From contig NC_042999.1 of the NCBI RefSeq assembly GCF_006345805.1, positions 154,256,001 to 154,320,000 of the forward strand: a DNA stretch of 64,000 bases, written 5' to 3'. This DNA comes from Octopus sinensis. Its lineage: Eukaryota. Positions 12,780 through 23,907 of this stretch are shown piece after piece; position 1 is the stretch's first letter, and the number at the start of each line of letters is the position of its first letter. A program made the position numbers and the translations under genes. Below the pieces are notes generated by a model, which made no database searches, was not told the DNA's origin, and worked only from the letters and a program-made list of their open reading frames with translations.

Positions 12780-12780
<1 letters not shown>
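12589..12780 (+). mobile_element. Short non-autonomous Penelope-type element with hammerhead-like motif (copy 2)
   Basis: GCCATGATAG...AAACTCTCCC followed by (TA)n. Confidence 0.65.
12661..12696 (+). ncRNA. Minimal hammerhead-like motif with variant core CUGUAGA (second copy)
   Basis: CUUU-CUGUAGA-A-GAGC(GUAG)GCUC-GAAA-CG-UA^GAAG. Confidence 0.5.
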
Positions 12781-12829
<49 letters not shown>

Positions 12830-12940
12830 GCATCTGCATATACATATACATATATATATATACATATATACATGCATCTACATATACATATACATATATA
12901 TATATATACATACATACATACATATATATAATATATATAT

Positions 12941-13030
<90 letters not shown>

Positions 13031-13384
13031 TCTTAGGGGCGATGGGTAAAATGTGTAAACCCATATATATACATACATGTATCTGTGAGCGTGCATACGT
13101 ATTAATGTGTTCCCCGTGCATGTATATGTGTGAGCATATGCATATGTCTCTGTGTATATAAATGAACATACTGATACATATATGTATGCACGTAATTGCA
13201 TATATACAAATTTTCATAACTTTATTTATACTTTGTGAACGAATATTCCATTCTTTCATTAACCATAAACTTACCTTATTTATATTCAAATTTCCTCAAT
13301 CATCTCTATTTAATTTATTCATTTATCGTTCTAATTCTCTTTACCTATACTATCTTGTCTCCAATCAAACCGTAAACCTTTCGC

Positions 13385-13895
13385 CTGAACATATAACGAT
13401 ACGAATCACAAACCTTGAAGGCATGGCTGCTCTCGATTATTGGGATCGTCTTAAAGCCTTAAAACTTTACTCCCTCCAGCGTCGCCGTGAGCGGTACATA
13501 ATTTGTACGATGTGGAGAATATACCGCCAACTTTGCCCAAACGACCTTAACATTAGCTTCAAGGTTCATCCAAGACTGGGACCACGGGCCATACGTCCCC
13601 TGCCCAATTCAAGATCACAACATACATGTACACTGCAATATAATTTCTTTTCCTCAACAGGCCCTGCCATATTTAACATTGTCCCGAGGGAGATCAAAGA
13701 GGAAAAGGATCCCATCAACTTTAAACGGAGTCTGGATAGATTCCTTCAAAGAATACCAGATAAGCCACCCATAATTGGATACAACTCACCCAACAAAACT
13801 TGACTTAAACAGGATTCGAATAATCCTATCAGGTGGTGCTATTAAGTTAGACATGGCCTGGACCAATCTTTGGTCGAAACATATCTAAGTTATAA
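13385..13895 (+). mobile_element. CR1-like LINE 3' end, 5' truncated
   Basis: LDYWDRLKALKLYSLQRRRERY...GPAIFNIVPREIK...FKRSLDRFLQRIPD, followed by a 3' UTR stem-loop GACC...GGTC. Confidence 0.85.
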
Positions 13896-13937
13896 TGAAT
13901 CCATAGACACATACAAAAAAATCCAAGGATATATTTT

Positions 13938-14023
13938 TCCCTCTGAAGATATTATGCTCAGGTCATATGAAGTTAATATTTACTTGATATTTATTGAGTA
14001 TTGATTGAAACAGCTGTAAGGGA
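13938..14023 (+). ncRNA. Type I hammerhead motif, slightly degenerate
   Basis: UCCCU-CUGAAGA-[helix II UAUUAUGCUCA...UGAGUAUUGAUU]-GAAA-CAGCUG-UA^AGGGA. Helix I is a perfect 5 bp; the closing G-C pair of helix II is mutated. Confidence 0.6.
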
Positions 14024-14654
14024 TGATGATTAATTTGCTGTTAATAATAGACATTTATTGACTTCCCAATCTCCATTTTCTTTTTCTTCTTTTACATGAA
14101 TATAAACTATATGTTTTTATATATACACCGATTATTTTAAGGAAATTAATTCCCCAAAATACTAGATAGTGAACCAGTATTCCCTTGGATGAAACCATTC
14201 CCTCATCAGGTTTAACACAGCTTCTAGTCGAATTTATATGTGTGTATGTGCGCACGCGCGTGTGTGTATAAATTAAAAATGCATTAAATACTACAATATC
14301 TACACGTAGGACAGACACAGAAGGACTCTAATGCTTCATCAGTTATCAACCAAAACACTAATACTCAGTTTCATGCCTTTAACGATAAAACTGAAAACTT
14401 AGTATATCAGCGGCACCCGCAAAATTTTCGGAGAATTAGGGCTCCAGCGAACAAAACAATATAGGGTGGACGTAACAGTAGGTTTTTTTTTATATTTTTT
14501 TTTTGCGACTCTATCTTCTTCCTTTCTTTCTCTCTCATCCCTTTGGGGGCGATAAATTAAGTACCAGTTGCGTATTGTGGTCCATCTAATCGACAAGCCC
14601 CTTCCCCAAAAATTTCGGGCCTTGCGCCTAGAGTAGATAAGAAAAGGTTTATCT

Positions 14655-14930
14655 TGCATCTTTTACTTGTTCCTGTCGTTAAATCGCGGCCATGCTGGGG
14701 CACGACCTTGAAGAACTTTCAGTCGAAATAATCGACCCCTTTTAAAGCCTTGTACTTATTCTATCGATCTCATAGGCCGAACCGCTAAGTCATGGAAACG
14801 TAAACACACGAACACCGGTTGCCACGCAGTAGTGGTTGTCAAACAGAGACATAAACACACATACGACGTGTTTCCTCCAATTTCCGTCTACCAAATCCAC
14901 TCACAAGGCTTTGGTCGGCTAAACTGAACC
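14655..14930 (-). mobile_element. Diverged but CpG-rich SINE A fragment, preceded by a SINE B 3' fragment (14530-14645, plus strand)
   Basis: Similarity to the A and B consensus as read from other copies. Confidence 0.7.
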
Positions 14931-14964
14931 GAACTCGGAATGACGTGACAGGGAAGCGAATTTG

Positions 14965-15490
14965 TTTTCTCCACGAGAGTTCCGGACCCCAGTAATGAAC
15001 TCATTTGCGTACAACCAATCAGAGCTCACCTTGACCTTGTTGTTAAGTTAACAAACACACTCTACCAGGTAAATTCAAGACGAAGAATGCTTTTGTAAGT
15101 CGACCGATCGCCAAGTTATGCCTTATTTTAGGAGAGAAGTAATTAGATAGATTTGCATCTATAACTATTATCGAATTTTGTTAGGGCCCCATATGATAAA
15201 GATGTGGATGGGAGAAATGTGAGTAGAGGGTGATGTGCTAGCAACCCTCTCCCCTTACTGTTTTACAAAGTAAACAACAACACAAATAATTACGCAAAGG
15301 CAGCTATGGTTGAAACAAGAACAAGAACAACAAGCATTCTTAAAAGAGAAAAGAAGCATGGCCATTCCTTGCCCAAGTGACCTTATCGCTTTTCACTTCT
15401 TATGAGCTCATAAATTAGTTTGATAGTTGAGCTCTGATTGGTTGTATGCAAATGAGTTCACGACTGGGGTCCGGAACTCTCATGGGAAAA
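14965..15490. mobile_element. MITE-like element with ~65-bp terminal inverted repeats
   Basis: GAGAGTTCCGGACCCCAGT..GAACTCATTTGC.TACAACCAATCAGAGCTCA at 14975-15028, inverted at 15428-15490. Confidence 0.7.
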
Positions 15491-15959
15491 AAATTTTGCG
15501 GCCGGGAAGTAAACTTTTCGCCCCACAACCGCACCTGCGCCTTGTTAATTTGCATAATTTAAACATAAATTAGCTAGTGTGCGTGTGTATGTGTGTATAT
15601 TTTCTGTGTGTGTGTTTGTGTGTGTGTGTACGTGCGTGTGTGTGTGGCATTTATTGGAAATTGAATTATGGGAGACTAAACTACGGGAGTGTCTATGAAG
15701 TAATGAGATCTGCTAAAAATGGTAGCTCGTTCTTCCTCAAAAAATACCCTGACGTTCTGCACAAGGAAAAAAAAGACACATTGGGAAATGTAGAGATACA
15801 ATTCGTTGAACATACAGGTCAGTGACGTACAGTGACGTAGGAAAAATATTGTTTGATCACAGGTCTGCTAGATCGTGTTTGACCTTGGGCTAAACAGCAA
15901 TAACAAGCTGTAAACATCGATTTGGAGAATCTTCCAAAAACAGGCACCTGCTAGTCTGG

Positions 15960-16350
15960 TTTATGTATGTATGTATGTATGTATGTATGTATGTATGTAT
16001 GTATGTATTTGTGTGTATATGTATGTATTTGTGTGTATATGTATGTATATATGTATTTGTGATTGTTTGTGTATGTATGCATGTATGTATTTGTGTACAT
16101 GTATGGATACATGTACGTATGTATTTGTATGTGTATGTTTGCATTTATGTACGTATGTTTGTCTGTGTGTATGTATATATATATTTGTGCGTGTATGTAT
16201 GTGTGCATGTATTTGTGAGTGTGAGTAAGTATACATATATGTTTGTATTTATGTATGTTTGTATGTATGTTTGTGTGTGTGTGATGTATGTATGTATGTA
16301 TGCATATATGTATGTTAGTGTGTGTGCATGTGTATGGATGCATGTAATAA
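15960..16350 (+). repeat. (TATG)n/(TG)n compound microsatellite
   Basis: Direct inspection. Confidence 0.95.
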
Positions 16351-16363
16351 TGTGTATGTCCTG

Positions 16364-16690
16364 TGAAGGCGCGTGGCTTAGTGGTTAGGGTACTCGGTTC
16401 ACGATCATAATGTCACGAGTTCGATTACTGGCGGTGCGTTGTATCCTTAAACAAGACACTTTATTTCACATTCCTCCTGTCCACTCAGCTGGTAAAAATG
16501 AGAAGTACCTGTATTTCAAAGGACCGGTCTTGTTTCATCCTGCGTCACACTGATTCCCCCCGAGAACTACGTTAAGGGCACGTGTGTCTGTGGAGTGCTC
16601 AGCCACATCCACGTTAATTTTACGTGCACACTATTCCGTTGACTGGATCAACTTGGAGCCTCGTCACCGTAACCGACGGAGTGTCAATGT
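16364..16690 (+). mobile_element. SINE family C
   Basis: GAAGGCGCGTGGCTTAGTGGTTAGGG...GAGTTCGATT head; tail ...CGTAACCGACGGAGTG. Confidence 0.85.
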
Positions 16691-17029
16691 AAGTTCGATC
16701 TTTAATTATTTGAAATCTTCCCGTAAGGAAGACGCTAGTTTCTGACAAATTACATAAAACTCCGTTGTGGGAATGTACCAGGTGGATCACATTGCTATCA
16801 CTTCTCTTTTATATTGCTGATTATGTAACACTCAATACCAACACCTCGCTAACCACAATCTAAGATTTTAAGACTCTTATTTTAAGTCCAACTGGTGCCA
16901 GAATTTTCGGTAGTTATCACTAGTGTGATTTATGCGTAAGTATTGGGTAAGATAATATCAAACAAACTAAAAGGAATGGTACTGAAAAAAATGTTACTTA
17001 TATTCAACCAATGCTATATTGATATCTTC

Positions 17030-17423
17030 ATTTCCTAGACATTCTGATAAGTTTCAACGTAACCAGTCTCTACACTAATAACCTCTCTAGATTAGGATTA
17101 GCAGCGGTAAGACAAATATCCACAAAGAATTCAGGAGAGATTTCCAAAAGAATTTATACTTGAAGGATTACGATCGGTACATGAAAACAACTACTTCTTT
17201 GATAATCAATATCACCAACAAATATAAGGCACGACAATGGGAACGAAAATCACACCAACCTTTGCGACACTAGTAATGAAATTCCTAGAAAAAAAACATC
17301 TATGCCATCAACATTTCCAATCATATTTTATAGGAAACTGGCAAGGATTCTTGGATGAATGCACCATATTTTGGGACAAAAGTAGGGAAGACTTTACAAG
17401 ATTCCCTGAATTAATAATTAGCA
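17030..17423 (+). pseudogene. Penelope-like reverse transcriptase fragment
   Basis: ILISFNVTSLYTN...GTTMGTKITPTFATLVMKFLE...NWQGFLDECTIFW matches PLE RT motifs (FDVxSLYTN, GxxMG, xDD). Confidence 0.85.
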
Positions 17424-18110
17424 TTAATGCTTTGAGTTCGTCGCCTTTAGTTCGAAACCATTCTGAGGAGACTATAGTCATTGGTTTCATCGGCCATGTT
17501 TCCAAATATTTCCCCCGTAGTGAATCCCAACGGCGAAAAATGATTTCGAAGGCTACATTCATACCAGGCTTGCCAGAAAAACCGTACAGTCGCAGAAAAT
17601 TGTCCATCGCTCTCGACACCACATTCTGTTGGCCAGGGTTATGGGCTGTTGCCCCCCTGCCCCTTTGACGTAATGGATACTCGTCATTGCTACCAGAATC
17701 GGGATCACCCGATCTGCTGAGCAAATAATCATTCTCGGTGTCTGAATAGTCCTAACTAGAATCAACTATTGAGGACTCGTCACGTGATGTTGAAGTTTGG
17801 TGTTGATGGACGCGATGATAGACGCGATGAGGAGCATAAATTCAACGTAGTTGGATGCGAAGACGAACGTAAAACTGGCTTAGCTGGACGTGAAGACGAA
17901 CGCGATGCTAGCTTAGATGAACGTGAAAACGAACGCGAGGACCGTAAATTCAACGAAACTGGCGGAGATGGACGCGACGACAACGTTAAAATCTCTGAAA
18001 GACCAGAAGAATTAGCAGAACTTGTAGGAAGTCATAGTGGAAATGGTGGCGTAACCGCCAAGGCTGCTTTTTTTTTTTTTTTTTTTACTATTATGGTGAG
18101 GGAACCTGAA
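17424..18110 (-). mobile_element. piggyBac-like transposase N-terminal remnant, internally deleted, with stops
   Basis: Ser/Arg-rich then acidic SDTENDY..SGSNDEYPL segment and FSGKPGMNV..FEIIF, resembling the FxGxPG..F..FF motif of PGBD4-type transposases; ends at a TTAA (about 17424) that truncates the Penelope RT. The other terminus was not found. Confidence 0.45.
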
Positions 18111-19467
18111 ATTGCGTTGGAAATATTTATATGAAGATTCTAACAAATCCATCGGATTCTTTGAAATTGCTCGCTGGCCTCTGTTATGGAATCCGTGAGT
18201 GATAACAGATATTTACATCAATTGGTACAGAAACAGGCATAAAATAAGACCGTGTATATTTACGCCATCCGATTTAAAGTGCGCTTAATTTAACATCAAC
18301 CGATGACATGGGGGTAGAAAAAGGAAAATTTAGTATTGGGTTCGATTCGTTTGACTAAAAAATACCACGAGGCGGAGCTCCAGTATGACTGCGGTCTAAT
18401 GCCTGAAACAAGTAAAATGTAAAAGGTAACGGTTTATTTTCTTTTTCGAAATTTGAAAAAGAACTTTGAGTGACCAACAAGTAATGATTTCGTTAAGTTG
18501 TTTTTAATGACTCAATAATATTCCAATTGTATACGTATGCGTTTCAACTTAACAGGTCTTATCAGTGCAATTTTGAATGTTAAACTTTATGACTGACATA
18601 TTTGTGTAGTTACGGAAATCAATAACCTGAAAGTGATCAGTTGATTAAAAAAGCGTTGTTTGTAATCTCAATGTAGTTATAGCAAGAAAAAAAGCAGGTC
18701 TGTTTAAAGGTGAATGAAATTGTAGAAAAATCAATCGATTGATCACGTGTGGCGGTGTTTACGGCCAAATTAGAACGTAATTAAGTGGCTTATGTACAAC
18801 ATAGAAGTACATTTCTCCGAGGGGTTAAGCTCGAAAAATAAGATGAAATAAATTAAAATCGAAGTGAGATAACTACAGAGAAAGAAGTTTAATACATGTC
18901 ATACCTTCTGGGCAAAATAAGAACAAAAATGTATGCATGTTTTTTTTATAATTTTATTCTACTCTAAACCTGTCTGCGTTATATTTCTAAGGCTACAAAG
19001 AAATTTTATTTAATTGAACCATTACAACTTATCTGATTTCTGTAGCAACACAAATATAACTCAAAAAAAGTTTGAAATTCAAAATAGCACTGACGAGACC
19101 AGTGAGGCTGAAACGTATACGCAATTAGATTACAATTTAATAAAAAAAGAAATACGTTAACTATGTCATTATTTGCCTGTAATTCAAATTATTTTTCGTG
19201 TTTCTGAAAGAAAAAAAAAAAAAGGAAATTAGCATCATTAAAAAACAAAGATAAGAGCTAATAACAGAACCGGATAGAAAAAAGAACATTTAGCTTTGAT
19301 ACGAAACAGCTTATTGATGCGCCGTGTCCGTAGCCGTATTAGAACATACGTGGACAGCTTACGTGTTGCATGAAACTTCATTACTGCGAGGAAGTAAATC
19401 TAAAAAAAAGGCAACATCTATTTTGTTCCAATTCTAACACATACACAAGTAGCATACATCTTATTAT

Positions 19468-20050
19468 ATTAAGGCGGCAAGCTGGCAGAATCATTAGTAC
19501 GCCAGGTGAAACGCTTAGCGATATTTCGTCTGCCGTTGCGTTCTGAGTTCAAATTCCGCCTAGGTCGACTTTGCCTTTCATCCTTTCGGGGCAATAAATT
19601 AAGTACCAATTACGCACTGGGGCGATATAATCGACTTAATCCGTCTGTCCGTCCTTGTTTGTCTCCTCTGTGTTTAGCCCCTTGTGGGTAGTAAAAAAAT
19701 AGGTATTTCGTCTGTCGTTACGTTCTGAGTTCAAATTCTGCCGAGGTCGACTTTGCCTTTCATCCTTTCAAGGTCGATAAATTAAGTACCAGTTACGCAC
19801 TGGGATTGATATAATCGACTTAATCCGTCTGTCCGTCCTTGTTTGTCTCCTCTGTGTTTAGCCCCTTGTGGGTAGTAAAGAAATAGGTATTTAGTCTGCC
19901 GTTACGTTCTGAGTTCAAATTCCGCCGAGGTCGACTTTGCCTTTCATCCTTTCAGGGTCGTTAAAATAAGTACCAGTTGAATACTGAGATTGATGTAATC
20001 GACTCATCCCCTTCTCCAAAATTGCTGCCCTTGTGGCAAAATTTGAAACA
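19468..20050 (+). mobile_element. SINE B trimer (head + two 184-bp repeated units + terminal tail)
   Basis: Junction GAAATA|GGTATTT at about 19701 and 19885; the units share a private variant TCCGTCTGTCCGTCC. Confidence 0.85.
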
Positions 20051-20661
20051 TTTTTATTACGTATTTTATATTTTTTCCAGAGTGTTTCATGGTAAAGACG
20101 GCATTTCTCTTAACTTCCATTTCCCCTTACACTCGTACCCGCCTTCCTCACACACACTCAATACGGTTTTGCCTACACACCAATCTCCCACACCACACTA
20201 TCACTTCCACTACACACCTACACTTGCCACTTCTACATACCTATACTATACTCACCAAAACACCTCACTCTCGAAAAACTATACGGCTATACGGCGCACC
20301 CACAATCAGCCCCCTTTTCTCTTCCTAACTCCCCCTCATAGAACTACATTCCCACCTGGCCCCTACAACTTCTATATCCCTCCCACATCTTCCTTTTTGC
20401 ATTCATTGCCTTCACAAAAGGTACATACATACATACATACATACATACATACATACATACATGTATGTATGTATGTATGTATGTATGTATGTATGTATGT
20501 ATGTATGTATGTATGTGTACAGGAGATGTACGTTCACGTCCCACGGGTAGCCTTCGATTTATTCCACCCAAATGATTTGTAACCCTATTACACGCACTTA
20601 TAGTTTTATTTGCTTCGCGATTCACCGTTCCTAAAAAGGAGAATCCCACGTTCTCGATTTG

Positions 20662-20743
<82 letters not shown>

Positions 20744-20867
20744 CTTTATATATATATATATATGTGTGTACACACACACACACACTTATATATATATTCG
20801 AAATGTAACTACATGTGAATCGTTGGCGGTTTTCTTCCCCCGTCTTCTTTTTTATTGGACTTTCTCC

Positions 20868-20905
20868 TGTTTCTGAAGAAGATCTCTGCTCGAAACGTTA
20901 AACCA
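20868..20905 (+). ncRNA. Minimal hammerhead-like motif in a Penelope-type terminal repeat, degenerate
   Basis: CUGAAGA-A-GAUC(UCU)GCUC-GAAACGUUA^AAC. One mismatch in helix II and a weak helix I. Confidence 0.45.
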
Positions 20906-21284
20906 TCTTTCTTTCCTTCCCTGAGCGTCTGCTAAATACTTTACATGTACTACATCCCCGCGTTGTTGTTTTTTTGTGTGTGTTTGTTCTTTATTTTTGG
21001 TGGGGGGTGATTTACTACATATATATAACACATACATAGAAACACACACACACACACACACGTACATACACATATATGTATGCACGTATTATGAAGAACA
21101 ACAGCTGCTTTCAAATAATGACCTGGTTTGATATCACAGATTTTGTTCAACAAGAAGGATGACTGCCAATCTTTGACGTCAAGGTGCAGGTGTACCGTTT
21201 GCTTTGTTCTATTTTACCCTTCCCAATTAAAAGATCTCGTACAGGAGTAAGGACGGGTGTTCTTACTAGCGTTTCATAATGACG

Positions 21285-21345
21285 ATCTTCAACCTTTTTT
21301 TGGGGACTATAGACCGGTTTCATGCAAGACATTTTTTCCACGGAC
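21285..21345 (+). mobile_element. hAT/Charlie-type terminal fragment
   Basis: CAACCTTTTTTGGGGACTATAGACCGGTTTCATGCAAGACATTTTTTCCACGGACCGG resembles Charlie-type subterminal sequence (recalled, not aligned). Confidence 0.45.
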
Positions 21346-21439
21346 CGGAGATCATGCCCATAACAAACTACAACAAAACGTATTATACATAATTTAATTA
21401 TTATATATAAAAAGAAATAATAAAGTAAACGCGCCCTTT

Positions 21440-21680
21440 TAAAACCTAGCCAAACTCATGGGCCCGGTTTCCCGGTTTCAATGGCGTATGTTTCCCCCAG
21501 CTGGACGGGACGCCAGTCCATCGCAGCGTTACTCATTTTTGCCAGCTGAGTGGACTGGAGCAACGTGAAATGAAGTGTTTTGCTCAAGAACACAACGCAT
21601 CACCCGGTTCAGGAATCGAAACCACAATCTTTACGATCATGATGCTGACAACCTAACCACTAAGCCACGCGTCTCCACAA
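21440..21680 (-). mobile_element. SINE with family C head and an alternative 3' body (GATGGACTGGCGTCCCGTCCAG)
   Basis: The head matches C, but the tail differs from all other C copies in the window. Confidence 0.75.
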
Positions 21681-22053
21681 TTATTATATATATAATATAT
21701 ATATTGCAAAACACCCTGTAGAGTGAGATATAGAGTTTTAACATCTATTATTTCTCTGCGACCCAGTACTGGTCTACGAACCGATGGCTGGGGACTCCTG
21801 TTTTATGAGACGATAAGGTATGAGATGAAAAAGATTTAGCTGCTATTTCTAGATGTGATAATCACGTTGAGACTTAGTGTTTTATCAAAGAACTATACGC
21901 GAAACTTTTGTCACATAGCATGTTTCTTTTCTGTTAATATCATTTTACGTTCAACTAAGTTCAAGTGCTCTTATAAATTGTAGGTGTGTAGGTGTGTGGC
22001 CTTGTGTTCGTGCATGGCTGTGTACGCGTGTGAGTATTTGTGTGTGTGTATGA

Positions 22054-22085
<32 letters not shown>

Positions 22086-22292
22086 AGCTATAAATAGAGT
22101 AAGAGGTGGTATGTGTTAGCTGTTAGCTGATAATGTTGAAGTTGACTAACTTCAATATCGACTGCCGCTTACTTAGTATTGTTTTAGAAGGTGGTAGTGA
22201 CGTTGGTGGTGTGTATAGATGAGTTGATGTGTAAACAAGGGCGGTGGGTTTACACACAAACACAAACACTCGCTCATACACAAACACACATA

Positions 22293-22332
<40 letters not shown>

Positions 22333-22452
22333 AATGAGTTGTCAGTCGTCCGTTAAGTTAGAAACTAAATCTCACTTGATGTAATAAAGCAAGTTTATTT
22401 TTATAACGTAAAACAATATATTACTAGTTATTACGTCATTTAATTGATCAAG

Positions 22453-22520
22453 ATGTTACCGTCGGTTTCGCGTTGAATATTGTTTAACAGTAATATTCAA
22501 CGCGAAACCGACGGTAACAT
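22453..22520. other. Perfect 29-bp inverted repeat with a 10-nt loop, plus ~20 bp of imperfect extension each side
   Basis: ATGTTACCGTCGGTTTCGCGTTGAATATT-gtttaacagt-AATATTCAACGCGAAACCGACGGTAACAT. Confidence 0.95.
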
Positions 22521-22764
22521 TTTGAACAGTTATAAGACGTAGTCAGTACTATGCTGTTTGACGACTTTCTCTCTCTCTTTCTCTGTCTGTCTGTCTCTCT
22601 CCCTCACACACACGCACATACATACACATATTTACGAGTGTGTATGTATATATATATATATAGAAGAACACAAATAGGCTGACGTTTACTACAGCTGTTT
22701 CAGACGTGTTTTTTTTATTGATGAACAAATCAATTACATCATGAGAAAGTCCGTATACATATAT

Positions 22765-22861
<97 letters not shown>

Positions 22862-23419
22862 GTGTGTGTGTGTGTGTATGTATGTATGTAAGCACGTATG
22901 TATGTATATATATATATATATATATCTAGATAGATATATATAGATATAGATATATATATATGCAAACATATGTGTATGTGTTTATGTATAAACACACACG
23001 TGCGCGCGCATACACATATGTTCTCCTATTTTTTGTTTATGTCCAAGTATCCTCTCCATTGGATATAAGATAGGCCAATTGTTGTGCTGACGGCGCTTAT
23101 TGAAGTTGAAACATGTTCGCGGCTGTTTTATTGTCCCCAGACAATCTGACTGCCATTTCCCCGCTAAATTTGGAGAATATTTGAGTCCTGAGATTAGATT
23201 CCTTGCTCATTTAAAATTGGTTCCAGTTCCATTAAGTGCTTGTTCCACCATCTCTTGAAGTGGAGATTATTTCAATAAATCACGAATTCATCTTTTATGA
23301 TATTGTATGTCAAATACATTCTGAAACCTACTTTTGTATTTTGCCATGTGTACATGTATGTATGTATGTATGTATGTATGTATGTATGTATGTATGTATG
23401 TATGTATGTATGTATGTAT

Positions 23420-23907
23420 GTCATTGTTCAGTTTTTTTTCAAGATTTCTTGCCAATAGAAAAAGAACCGGTTTCTAACATAGATCCAAGGCTTTTTCATT
23501 GAAATTTCAACATCAACAACAGGATATTTTTGCATGTATGTATGTATGTATGTATGTATGTATGTATGTATGTATGTATGTATGTATTACGTATATATGT
23601 ATGTGTGCAGATTTGTATGTTTTGTTTTATCTACGTATTCTCATGCATATAGTAGCATATCAAGACATGCTCATATATATTTAAATAATAAACGTCCGGA
23701 AAGTTTTACAGATTTTTCCAGTTCCTGTGATGGATTGGATGTGTAGTCTTCGAATTAGCTTTTCCTTTTCTGATTTTGTGAAGCCTAATTTCTCAAGATT
23801 GGTATTTAGGCAGCGTGTTTCATATCCCAGGGCTCCAATAATTACAGATATAAACCTGAACTTGTAATCTGGATAGAGTAACTGCATATTTCTCAATAGT
23901 TCAGCAT
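23420..23907 (-). mobile_element. REL-type (R2/R4/NeSL-like) LINE 3' end embedded in (CATA)n
   Basis: AELLRNMQLLYPDYKFRFISVIIGALG...SITGTGKICKTF* then a 3' UTR; the same UTR piece occurs at 11745-11830, also between (TATG)n runs. Confidence 0.75.

Noticed and set aside
13855-13890. Hammerhead at the CR1 3' end (GACC..GGTC-GAAA-CATATC-TA)
   Set aside because: There is no CUGANGA upstream; it is more likely the ordinary LINE 3' stem-loop.
19090-19125. Further hammerhead-like motifs (also about 14200 minus, 29167, 49090 minus and 51806)
   Set aside because: CTGANGA or GAAAC is present, but the helices or the second half of the core are too degenerate to call.
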